Below, piece by piece: positions 50,172 to 59,174 of a DNA stretch of 64,000 nucleotides. The notes beneath the pieces were generated by a model. That model did no database searches. It was given only the letters and a program-made list of their open reading frames with translations, and had not been told where the DNA came from. Source of the stretch: an uncultured Eubacteriales bacterium (GTDB lineage Bacteria; Acidobacteriota; Aminicenantia; Aminicenantales; CALLJL01); contig CAZVIN010000007.1 in the NCBI GenBank assembly GCA_964627255.1, positions 3,051-67,050 on the forward strand. The letters run 5' to 3'. Each line of letters opens with the position of its first letter. Position 1 is the first letter of the stretch. The position numbers were made by a program, and so were the translations under genes.

Positions 50172-50839
50172 TTTGCCTGGCTCCTGCGGGTAATTTCTTT
50201 CATTTGGCCGATAACCTGAGCTGGGTTTTCGTGGCTGAAGATAGTGGCTCCGGCCACAAAGATATTAACCCCGTCTTCGATTAAGCCAGCCATATTCTCC
50301 AAAGTTACTCCCCCATCCACGGCAATCGGTACGTTCAATTTTTGCCCCTGAACCCAGTTATGAAGCAACCGGATTTTATGGCGGGTAGCCTCAATCAGGG
50401 ACTGTCCGCCCCAACCAGGGTTAACCGTCATCAACAGGACGAAGTCAAGTTCTTTTAGAATCTCGGTTAAAATATGAATGGGGGTAGCTGGATTTAAAGC
50501 CAAGCCAGCCTTTAACCCCAGCTCTTTCGCCCGACATATCTCTCGATGGATATGAGGGCTGGCTTCGACGTGGATGGAGACCCAGTCTGCTCCAGCCTGG
50601 TGGAATTGCGGGACAAAATTTTCTGGTTTTTCTACCATTAGATGGACCCAGATTGGCAGGTTGATTATTTTTTTTATTGAGGCTACCAGTTGCGGCCCAA
50701 ATGTCAGGCTAGGTACAAAATGACCGTCCATTATATCTACGTGAAGAAGGTCGGCCCCAGCTGCGGCAGCGGTCTGAGCGGCTTCGCCTAAGCGAGCAAA
50801 ATCGGCGGACAGTAGCGAAGGAGCGATAAGAATACTCAT
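50168..50839 (-). CDS. rpe: Ribulose-phosphate 3-epimerase
   Basis: 223 aa. N-terminus IAPSLLSADF ... HVDIMDGHFVP is typical of Rpe. Confidence 0.93.
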   Translation of the reverse strand: MSILIAPSLLSADFARLGEAAQTAAAAGADLLHVDIMDGHFVPSLTFGPQLVASIKKIINLPIWVHLMVEKPENFVPQFHQAGADWVSIHVEASPHIHREICRAKELGLKAGLALNPATPIHILTEILKELDFVLLMTVNPGWGGQSLIEATRHKIRLLHNWVQGQKLNVPIAVDGGVTLENMAGLIEDGVNIFVAGATIFSHENPAQVIGQMKEITRRSQAK

Positions 50840-51555
50840 TTACTAACCTCCAAGCTGATTAAATTCCTTTTTTGTACTGAATAACCATGAGGGGGCGTTT
50901 GTTTGATTATTATTCCTGATTGCAGCCCAGGATAATAGCTGCTGCGGATGTTGGCGACATTGAACCCGAGATTTTTTAGTTGAGGAACCACCAGGGAAGC
51001 TTTTCGGCCTATTAGGTCAGGCATAACGTATTTTTCCTCCCGTTCTCCCTGGCTGATCAAGAGATTGACCCGGGTCAATCTTTTGACTTTGCCCTCCCCT
51101 GGTTTTGGTTGTTGAGAGATAATTCGTCCTGCCGGGTATTGAGAGGTATGAATCTGGGAGACAAGACCGCGCGTTAGACCGACTGCAGCCAAGATTTGGA
51201 CGGCATTTTCCAGGCTCTTATTAGTCAAGTCAGGAACGTCCACCAGCTCACTTCCGGCCGAAACCGTGACCTTGACAACGCGGTTAGCCTTTATCTTAGA
51301 ACCCGCCGAGGGGTCTTGCGAAATAATCCGTCCCTTTTCTATCTCATCGTGAAATTGCACCTCGGCTAAGCTAAAGGATAAAAGCCGCCGATTTAGCTCC
51401 ATTCTTCCTTCTTCGACTGTCTTTCCCCTAAGGTCAGGAACAGTTACAATTTCGCCCTTGAGAATTAGCCTGGTTGTAAGCAAAGCGCTGCCAAAAAAAA
51501 GAATCAAAGCGGTCAAAAATAGCGTCGCCACCGCAAAGTATTTATCCTTTGGCAT
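50836..51555 (-). CDS. PASTA domain-containing membrane protein (three PASTA repeats, no kinase domain)
   Basis: 239 aa with an N-terminal TM anchor and three repeats of approximately 65 aa, each containing the VPDL/MPDL plus G-K/R PASTA signature. Confidence 0.75.
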   Translation of the reverse strand: MPKDKYFAVATLFLTALILFFGSALLTTRLILKGEIVTVPDLRGKTVEEGRMELNRRLLSFSLAEVQFHDEIEKGRIISQDPSAGSKIKANRVVKVTVSAGSELVDVPDLTNKSLENAVQILAAVGLTRGLVSQIHTSQYPAGRIISQQPKPGEGKVKRLTRVNLLISQGEREEKYVMPDLIGRKASLVVPQLKNLGFNVANIRSSYYPGLQSGIIIKQTPPHGYSVQKRNLISLEVSK

Positions 51556-51674
51556 GAGTAACGCTTTCTTATCAGGCCAGGTTTATCTATACCATATTAA
51601 CATTCAGGTGTAAATCGACCGCTAAATTGAATATAATTAGAGTCTGATAATAATTTTTGGTCAAGGAGTGGAGA

Positions 51675-52709
51675 ATGGAAGGATGGTCTGATTTTCGTAG
51701 CGACACGGTTACGAAGCCAACTGAAGCCATGCGCCGGGCCATGGCTGAGGCGGAAGTGGGAGATGATGTCCTCGGAGATGACCCCACGGTTCAGAAATTA
51801 GAAGCTTTAGCCGCCAGCATCATGGGTAAAGAAGCCGCTCTTTATGTTCCATCGGGGACGATGGGTAATGCCATTGCCGTTAAAGTTTGGACTAAAGAGT
51901 TAGAGGAAGTGATCCTTGAGGCCCGCTGTCATATTTATAACATGGAATCGACTCATTTGACATTTATTTCTCGGGTCAATCCCAGACCTTTGCCCTCATG
52001 GCGAGGGGCTATGGACCCAGAGGAGGTGGCACGCAACATCCGGCAGGCCTCAGTGCATACGCCCCGGACTTCCCTCATCTGCTTAGAAAATACTCATAAT
52101 AACTGGTCAGGAGCAGTTATTCCCCTGGACAACATGAAGGCGATTAGAGAAGTGGCGGACCGCCATGGAGTTAGAGTACATCTCGACGGTGCGAGGATTT
52201 TTAATGCCAGCATCGCTTCAGGTGTTCCAGTCAAAGAATATGCGGGGCTAACTGATTCTATTATGTTTTGTTTATCCAAGGGGCTCTCAGCTCCGGTGGG
52301 GTCGATGTTAGCTGGACCAAAGGAGTTTATTGACCAGGCCCGTCGGCTGCGCAAGGCTCTCGGTGGTGGGATGAGGCAGGCCGGTGTTTTGGCCGCCTGT
52401 GGTTTAATTGCCTTGACCCAAATGGTTGACCGGTTAAGAGAAGACCACGACCGGGCGAAGCGCCTTGCCCGCTCCCTTTCGGCTTTGCCCGGCGTCAGGT
52501 TAAACCCTGAAGAAATAGAGACCAATATTATCATCTTCGGTCTTAATCATCCTCGCTGGACTGTCCCTGCTTTTTTAGCGGAGCTAAAGGCGCGGCGCAT
52601 TTTGGCTCTTCCTGTTTCCAACGGGATTCGTTTCGTTACGCATAAAGATGTCAATGACGCCGATGTCGACCGAGCTCTAGAAGCTTTTAGCGACCTCCTC
52701 AGCCACTAG
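51675..52709 (+). CDS. ltaE: Low-specificity L-threonine aldolase
   Basis: PLP fold-I protein. N-terminus DFRSDTVTKPT is typical of LtaE, and the PLP Lys lies in the SKGL motif. ATG at 51675 after an AAGGAG RBS. Confidence 0.85.
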   Translation: MEGWSDFRSDTVTKPTEAMRRAMAEAEVGDDVLGDDPTVQKLEALAASIMGKEAALYVPSGTMGNAIAVKVWTKELEEVILEARCHIYNMESTHLTFISRVNPRPLPSWRGAMDPEEVARNIRQASVHTPRTSLICLENTHNNWSGAVIPLDNMKAIREVADRHGVRVHLDGARIFNASIASGVPVKEYAGLTDSIMFCLSKGLSAPVGSMLAGPKEFIDQARRLRKALGGGMRQAGVLAACGLIALTQMVDRLREDHDRAKRLARSLSALPGVRLNPEEIETNIIIFGLNHPRWTVPAFLAELKARRILALPVSNGIRFVTHKDVNDADVDRALEAFSDLLSH

Positions 52710-53000
52710 CTGGCGCCAGTTTTTGTCTGGTTGCCTTAGTAGGCTGTCTCTTAATCCTTCGTCCACTAAAAGCGCGGTCCTGATGCCAAACCAATTTAAT
52801 TTTAGGTTGTGTCCCAAGACTACGCGATAGCCGCCGACGTTGGGATAAGTTTTGACGTAACGCAAAGATTATTTAATTAAGTTGAGTTTTTTAAAATATT
52901 AAACTCCCTTTATAGCCACGCCTCAGGACGTTGGCCTACCGAAATCATAGGGAGCGAGCTCTAATAAAAGCTGAATAAGGAGAATAAAATCGAGACAAAA

Positions 53001-55022
53001 TTATTCGGGTAAAGAAGAAGCTAAGAACTGGGTGAGCTCAAGAGCCGCTAACCCTTCCTTTCCCAGGTCTTTGAGACCATCACGCACCATGGTTAGGCAG
53101 AAAGGACAGGTGGTGATTACCGCCTCAGCTTGAGTGGTGGCTATTTCGTCAGCCCGGATACGGTTAATCCGTTGGCCTAATTTTTCTTCAGTCCACATCA
53201 AACCGCCGCCCGCGCCGCAGCAGAAGCCGTGCTCTTGTCGCCGCGGCAACTCTTTTAGCTTCACTCCTGGGATAGAGCGAAGTAAGTAACGAGGTTCAGC
53301 AATCAAGTGGTGGTGGCGAGCATAATAACAGGAGTCATGTAACGTTATCGGCGTTTCCCTCGTTGTTCCCTTAAAAGAGATTTTGCCTTCGTCGACCAAA
53401 AAAGTTAAAAGTTCTAAATGCGAAACTACCTGAATTCGGCTCAGAAATTCTCTATCGCTGGCGGACATATCGGTAAAAATCGAGAGCAGACGAGGGTACT
53501 CATATTTGAGCGTGTGGTAGCCATGGGGACAGAAGACGAGAATTTTTTTAACTCGATATTGACTGAAAAGCTCGAGATTCTGACGGGCCAGAGCCTGAAA
53601 AAGATATTCGTTGCCTAAGCGACGGGCGGCGTCGCCACAACATTTTTCTTCTTCGCCCAAGATGGCAAAATTCACCCCCGCTTGTCGGAGCAGACGAACC
53701 ATGGCTCTTGAAATTGCCTGACCCAGTTCATCAAAAGAACCAGCGCAGCCAACAAAAAATAGCCACTCCGCCTCAGGATTTTCAGCCAGGCGAGGGACTT
53801 TTTCTTTTTCGGCCCATTCCCCGCGGCGGGAAAAACCAATGCCCCAGGGATTAGCGTTCGTTTCGAGGTGGCGAAAGAAACTGTTGAGTTCAGTCGGGAA
53901 CCGGCTTTCCATCAGAACCTGAGCCTGTCTTAAACCAAAAATCTTGGTCAAATGTTCAATTTCTACCGGGCAAACATGCATGCAAGCCCCACAAGTTGTG
54001 CAGGTCCAAAGCTCGTCGGGCTTTATGACTTCCGGGACTATGGCGGGCAATTTTTCTCGATTTTTCTTATGAATCGGAAAATAAGAGCTGAGCAAATGAC
54101 GTTCGAGGTTATAAATAATCATTTTGGGCGAGAGAGGCTTGCCAGAGAGGAAAGCAGGACAGACATCCTGACATCGGCCGCATTCGATGCAAGCAAAAGC
54201 ATCGAGACAATCTTTCCATGTCAAGTCGAGAGCCTTTTCTATCCCATAGACCTCAGTCTTTTCTAAGTTTATAGGTTCTATTTCACCCGGGCTTGTTTCG
54301 CGGTGAAAAAGCAAGTTAAAGGGACCAGCAAACATGTGAAAATACTTGGAGTGGGGGACATAGGCGATAAAAGCGTAGACAATGACAAGATGAAGCCACC
54401 AGGAAAGATGCAGAAGGGAAGAAGGTTGGTTGGCTGTCGCTCCAGCTCCCAAAAAGAAGCGACTGAGAAAAGGGCCGAGGAAGGAAAAACGAAGTTGTTC
54501 AGGCTGGTGGAGATATTTGCAGGCCTCAAAAAAAAGATAGCTCAGGGTTGTGGCCAGAAGAAAAAAATAGATAATGGCCGAGTCCAGAGCAGAAGTCCTC
54601 AGGGCCCGAGGTCGAAAAAGAAAGCGGCGAAGAGCTAAATAAATTGCTGCCGTAAGAACCACCAGGGCCATAAAATCGATCAGGCCGGAGACGATATCTT
54701 CTGCTAAGCCGTGACCGAAGAGGGAAAAACCGCTGAGAAAACCTTCCAGAGTATGGTTAACCGTCATGGTATCAAAGGTCAGTGCGGCATAAAAGAGGCC
54801 GGCGTGAATTATCCCTGTTCCTAAGCGTTCATTTTTCAAAGTACAGCGCTGGAGAAAAACCAGGCTGAGCACGCGCCAAAAACGACGGCCAAGATTATTT
54901 GTTCTCTCCACCGTTTTGGCGCTGCGGATAATTTGATAGCGGCGATAAACAGGATGGAAGAAGGCGCCGACGGTGATTATAACTAGGAGAGATAGAATAA
55001 TTTTTTCGATAATTGAAAGCAT
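53001..55022 (-). CDS. HdrE/HdrD-like (DsrMK-like) membrane-bound Fe-S oxidoreductase
   Basis: 673 aa. N-terminal approximately 250 aa form a polytopic membrane domain with conserved His (NarI/HdrE-like). Two 4Fe-4S ferredoxin motifs (CIECGRCQDVCP, CTTCGACMHVCP) and two CCG domains (CCGDAARR, CCGAGGG). Confidence 0.8.
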   Translation of the reverse strand: MLSIIEKIILSLLVIITVGAFFHPVYRRYQIIRSAKTVERTNNLGRRFWRVLSLVFLQRCTLKNERLGTGIIHAGLFYAALTFDTMTVNHTLEGFLSGFSLFGHGLAEDIVSGLIDFMALVVLTAAIYLALRRFLFRPRALRTSALDSAIIYFFLLATTLSYLFFEACKYLHQPEQLRFSFLGPFLSRFFLGAGATANQPSSLLHLSWWLHLVIVYAFIAYVPHSKYFHMFAGPFNLLFHRETSPGEIEPINLEKTEVYGIEKALDLTWKDCLDAFACIECGRCQDVCPAFLSGKPLSPKMIIYNLERHLLSSYFPIHKKNREKLPAIVPEVIKPDELWTCTTCGACMHVCPVEIEHLTKIFGLRQAQVLMESRFPTELNSFFRHLETNANPWGIGFSRRGEWAEKEKVPRLAENPEAEWLFFVGCAGSFDELGQAISRAMVRLLRQAGVNFAILGEEEKCCGDAARRLGNEYLFQALARQNLELFSQYRVKKILVFCPHGYHTLKYEYPRLLSIFTDMSASDREFLSRIQVVSHLELLTFLVDEGKISFKGTTRETPITLHDSCYYARHHHLIAEPRYLLRSIPGVKLKELPRRQEHGFCCGAGGGLMWTEEKLGQRINRIRADEIATTQAEAVITTCPFCLTMVRDGLKDLGKEGLAALELTQFLASSLPE

Positions 55023-55033
55023 CCGCCCTCCTC

Positions 55034-55897
55034 TCAGAAGGGGACAGCAATTCCCCAGATAATTTTATGGAATGATTGTTGGTTACCGAGCTGACTCATA
55101 GCTATGTCTTTCCAGAAACCACCTCCTAAGGAAAGCTCTAACCAGCGAGCCACCTTGAGCCGCAAGATCAAGTCGAGGAGAAGGCTCTGGCCCCGGGCCA
55201 AAAGAACAGCGCTCTGGAAAATAGCCTGGAAACTCACGATAGCTTCAGGGGTTAAAGCTACACCCAACCGGGCTCCATACTCTTGTTTGAGCTTTTCTCC
55301 CGAAAAGTCGAGATAGGCTCGCTGGTTGGTGTGGTGAAAAAACCAGATAAAGGGCTCAAATAAAATGCGGTCAGAGGAAAAGCTCAAGCCAAACCCAAAG
55401 TAGTTGCGGTTTAAATAATAAGGTTTTCCATGCTGATAACTTACATGGTCGGAGTCATGGTTGCTGTCGTGGCCGATGATCAGAAGAAAATTCCGGCCGA
55501 TAAATTGCCGAAGCGAAAAATGCCAGTCAAACTTAGTGCGATTATGGCCGTCATCATGGGTAATAAGCTGAGCTAAAAGGGAGGTGCTTCTTGTCAAGTC
55601 CAGATAATTTTGGAAGCCAAAGTTCCAGCGGTCCTCGGGGCCGCTGAGGTCGTTAAAGCTCGGAAAATTGGCCGGCAAAAGAAGCGAGGCAAAAAATTCG
55701 CCTCTGGGGTCAAGCCGGCCGGTTTCAAGTAAGGATATCTTTTCCTGCTGCGGTCGATAAATAAAAATGGGCTGGGCCAGAATATGGGCAGGGATAAAAA
55801 ATAACATAAGCAATAGCCATGTGAGAGGGATAGTGAAGTTAATTTTGAAATTATTGCAATCTAACCTGGAGCCTATTTTTATCATCTTTTCATTCAT
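55034..55897 (-). CDS. His-rich outer membrane beta-barrel protein (hypothetical)
   Basis: Signal peptide and His clusters (HDDGHNRTKFDWHF, GHDSNHDSDHVSYQHG, FFHHTN). C-terminal ...GIAVPF. The 5' end lies within the (AATG)n tract, so the true start may be the downstream Met (MIKIGS). Confidence 0.6.
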   Translation of the reverse strand: MNEKMIKIGSRLDCNNFKINFTIPLTWLLLMLFFIPAHILAQPIFIYRPQQEKISLLETGRLDPRGEFFASLLLPANFPSFNDLSGPEDRWNFGFQNYLDLTRSTSLLAQLITHDDGHNRTKFDWHFSLRQFIGRNFLLIIGHDSNHDSDHVSYQHGKPYYLNRNYFGFGLSFSSDRILFEPFIWFFHHTNQRAYLDFSGEKLKQEYGARLGVALTPEAIVSFQAIFQSAVLLARGQSLLLDLILRLKVARWLELSLGGGFWKDIAMSQLGNQQSFHKIIWGIAVPF

Positions 55898-55946
55898 TCA
55901 TTCATTCATTCATTCATTCATTCATTCCACCCACCCACCAACCAAC
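55891..55946. repeat. Compound tetranucleotide microsatellite: (CATT)9-(CCAC)3-(CAAC)2 (plus strand)
   Basis: Read directly. On the minus strand it reads (AATG)9 and contains the annotated ATG of the His-rich OMP gene. Lies between the TonB-dependent receptor stop and the OMP start. Confidence 0.95.
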
Positions 55947-56161
55947 CGTTAATTCATTCAACTATCCATCCACCTACCTACGAACCTAATTAATTTCCCA
56001 ACTAGCTACTAATTTTTTTCTTTCCTCTCTTAACTTAATGCTATTACTACCACCACTTCTACTTTTGCTAATGCTACCATTACACCCATTAATGCTACCA
56101 TAACTAATACTTCTTGCTTTTAGTTATTTCATCCCACCTCGCTCATTTAGTTTCGCTTATA

Positions 56162-58981
56162 CTAAAATTCAATCTTTAATCCAAGGCGGAAAACCCGCGG
56201 CGACTGGATTTCTGTGGCGAAACGCAAGGGAAATTGCGGCGACGTCCATTCGTTTTCTTCTGTTGCCAAGTGTTGGTTAAAAATATTATATCCTTCGATA
56301 AAAAGCGAGCTTCTTGTGCCTAAAAGGGACCAAGTCTTTTCCAGCCGGAAATCAACGGTCAGGTTGAATTCATAGCGGGCAATGCCCCGTGGGAAAGCTT
56401 GAATGATCACCGGACCCTGTCTTAGGCCGGTGACAATTATTTTCCGGCTAAAGGGCTGGCCGTCGTAGTATTTGAAAATAAAACCAGCCCTAAAATCGGC
56501 TGGAAGAAAAAGGCTAAAACCTAACCGGGCAGTATAGGCTCGGTCAAACCTCAGTCTCCCTCGGGCGTTAACGAGAGAATTGGGGTCATCATAGAGCCAG
56601 CCTATTACGGCCTCGTCATTTTCCCATTCGGTGTTACCTGGACTCGTAGTGCCGAAAGCTTCAGTCGCGGTAAAAGAAAAAAAGAAAATGTGCTTGGTGA
56701 ATCGGCGCAAGACAGTAAGGTCGAGACCACGATAGCGGGAGCTGCGCTCGGTCAAGTTGGGATTGCTCAGCTCAAAAAAATCCCGGCCCAATGCCTGCGG
56801 AAGTCGGTTATAAATGATAAAGCTCAGGTCATCGTGAGTTCCCCAGATGCGGTCATCGCCGCTATCATTGAGCGTGAACGTTTCAAAGGCCGATTCCGGC
56901 ACGCCGATATTTTCCGTTTCCACCAAGTTACGGGTTGTCCGGTGAAAGCCACTTAGCGAAAGATAGAATTCTCGGCTCAGCCTGTAGATAAAACTAACGG
57001 CATATTCGGTCATGACCGGACGGCGAAGGTTAGAATCCAGCCGAGAAAAAAAAGGTCCTTCTCGCCTTAGTAAAGGACCGAGTTCTCCTTCGTCAAATTT
57101 ATAATTTAAATTGCGGTCAAGCCAAGCATAAATCAAGGCTCCTTCGGCTGCGGCGTTTCCCCATCGCAGATAATTAAGAGGAAGACAAAAAGCTGACTGG
57201 CCGAAAAAGAACTTCAGCGAGCCCTTTTTCCCGTCGCTGAAGGGAACAGTTAGGCTGGCCCGAGGCAAAAGGCTGAGCCAGTCAAGGCGCGCCGCCGAGG
57301 TGCTGGTAAACCCGCCCCAACTCCTCTTTGGAGAAGGCGGTTGACTCCAACCTCGAGTCAGAATCAACTTGGCGCCCATGCCAAGAAGAAAGTGGCGCGA
57401 AATTTTCCAACTATCTTCTATATAAAGGCTGATATCAAGGGAGTTGTCTAATTCCCTGGAAACAGGCGCAAAGAACGCTACCAGGGCCGGCTGGCCTTCG
57501 AGAAACAGCAGATGGGTTGAGCCTGGAATCTGAAGCTCTGAGGAATAAAAGCGTCGAGAAACTTCAAGCCCGAAGCTGGCCAAATGGATTGAACCTGACG
57601 GGAAGTTTATCAGCCAATTACCGTTGACTTGAAAATTCAGATGGCCTTGCGTCTCGTCTCCATATCTTAGCGGCGCTTGCCAGACAACTGGGCGAAAGAG
57701 CTCTCGGCAGGGAATTAAAGAAGGACTGACGTAGGGGTCAGATGATATTTTTTGATAGGCTAAACTTAAGCCAGAATGAAAGGAGAGTTGAGCTGAAGGG
57801 AGGGATTGCCAGAATAATTGCGCGACATGAAAATTACGTTGGGCTCTGGTTGTGGCTTCTGGGGCCATTTTTCGTCGCGCCCCCGCTTCTGCCTCGCTGG
57901 CTTGCTGACCTGTCCAAAAAAAACTCAGCTCCCCCCGGGAAGTAGCTTGGTCAAGCCTGATTAGCCCAGAAAGAAGGCGACTTTGATTATGGCCAATATA
58001 ATCAGCTATGTGGCGGCTTAAATCCTGAGAAAAAAAACTGAGATAGAAGCGACGATTTTCAGAAGCCAGAGGACCGGAGAGCCAGAGTCTAAGCTTTCGG
58101 TCGTGAAGAAAAGTATGGGCATCAGTCAGCCCCTCTTTTTCTAAGGCCGGGGTGATGTTGGAGGTTGTCAACCCTGGTTCAATTAGCGTATAGCTTGTCC
58201 CACCCTGAAAGCGGCTGGCACCTCTTTTTGTGGCCATCTCGATCCTTCCTCCAGGGGAAGCGGCTGAAGCCGGATGAAGACTGTTTCGATGACGAATTGC
58301 CTCCACCGTCTGGAGGTCCGGAAGAAAAAGAGGCGTTCCGCCAAAATAGGGCTCGGTAACATTAAACCCGTTAAGGCGAAATTCATTCTGCGTCCAGGAG
58401 GTGGCGCCACGGGCGCTAAATAATGCTGGAGAATCAGCCCAGAGACCTCCAGAGTCAATGCGGTTAGTGGTAGCCGATAAATCCTGGTTTTCGATTATCG
58501 ACCAAAGATTATCGGCTGAGGGAAGGAGCGAAAGCTGGAAGCCGTTAACAACGGTTTGGGCCCCAATATCAGCAAAGTCGTATTTTTCCACTAAGGGTGG
58601 GCGAGTGGAATCAGAAAATTTGAATTCAAGCTGCAGAAACTGAGCTGGTTCAAGCTTTATTTCCTCTTTCCATTCTCTTTTGTTTGCCAGCTTTAGTGTG
58701 AGATTGTAATTCCCTGGGCTTAATCCAAGCCATATTAAATGACCAGCAGAATCAGGACAGCCAACCAACGGCGAGGTCAAGAAAGAAGCTTCGAGCCAGA
58801 CCGTTACTTCCGAGGAGGGCAAGGTTAAGCCCAAAAATTTAAGGTGAAGTGACGAGTTATTCTGAGCCGCCGCTGAAGAGATTAAGCAGAGAACCGATAA
58901 ATGGACGCAAAACCACGCTTGACGAAAAGGCTTTTTCGGACGGGAAAGGCGTCCGTTTGAATTTTTCTTCATATTAAGCAC
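56162..58981 (-). CDS. TonB-dependent receptor with N-terminal carboxypeptidase-regulatory-like domain
   Basis: 939 aa with a signal peptide, a CarbopepD_reg-like N-terminal domain, a plug domain, and a long beta-barrel ending in ...GLKIEF (terminal Phe). Confidence 0.8.
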   Translation of the reverse strand: MLNMKKNSNGRLSRPKKPFRQAWFCVHLSVLCLISSAAAQNNSSLHLKFLGLTLPSSEVTVWLEASFLTSPLVGCPDSAGHLIWLGLSPGNYNLTLKLANKREWKEEIKLEPAQFLQLEFKFSDSTRPPLVEKYDFADIGAQTVVNGFQLSLLPSADNLWSIIENQDLSATTNRIDSGGLWADSPALFSARGATSWTQNEFRLNGFNVTEPYFGGTPLFLPDLQTVEAIRHRNSLHPASAASPGGRIEMATKRGASRFQGGTSYTLIEPGLTTSNITPALEKEGLTDAHTFLHDRKLRLWLSGPLASENRRFYLSFFSQDLSRHIADYIGHNQSRLLSGLIRLDQATSRGELSFFWTGQQASEAEAGARRKMAPEATTRAQRNFHVAQLFWQSLPSAQLSFHSGLSLAYQKISSDPYVSPSLIPCRELFRPVVWQAPLRYGDETQGHLNFQVNGNWLINFPSGSIHLASFGLEVSRRFYSSELQIPGSTHLLFLEGQPALVAFFAPVSRELDNSLDISLYIEDSWKISRHFLLGMGAKLILTRGWSQPPSPKRSWGGFTSTSAARLDWLSLLPRASLTVPFSDGKKGSLKFFFGQSAFCLPLNYLRWGNAAAEGALIYAWLDRNLNYKFDEGELGPLLRREGPFFSRLDSNLRRPVMTEYAVSFIYRLSREFYLSLSGFHRTTRNLVETENIGVPESAFETFTLNDSGDDRIWGTHDDLSFIIYNRLPQALGRDFFELSNPNLTERSSRYRGLDLTVLRRFTKHIFFFSFTATEAFGTTSPGNTEWENDEAVIGWLYDDPNSLVNARGRLRFDRAYTARLGFSLFLPADFRAGFIFKYYDGQPFSRKIIVTGLRQGPVIIQAFPRGIARYEFNLTVDFRLEKTWSLLGTRSSLFIEGYNIFNQHLATEENEWTSPQFPLRFATEIQSPRVFRLGLKIEF

Positions 58982-59174
58982 ACCAAAAGTCGCTCTATTT
59001 TTTCTACTTTAAGCCTGTCCTGTCAAGAAAAGGTTTATTGTTTTGGGCTAATTTTTGGCCGCTCTGGATATATTTCTTTATGAGGACCGCCTGGTGATTC
59101 TCGATATCAATTTGACTCGCTGGCCGAAATGATAAATTATGATTGCCGTTGATTTAAAACGGAGGCCAGAAAAC

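Noticed and set aside
56030-56101. 23-codon hydrophobic minus-strand ORF (MVALMGVMVALAKVEVVVVIALS) in the G-poor spacer
   Set aside because: In C-free sequence, stop-free runs of this length are expected by chance (roughly 7% per frame). There is no convincing RBS. It is kept only as a note.
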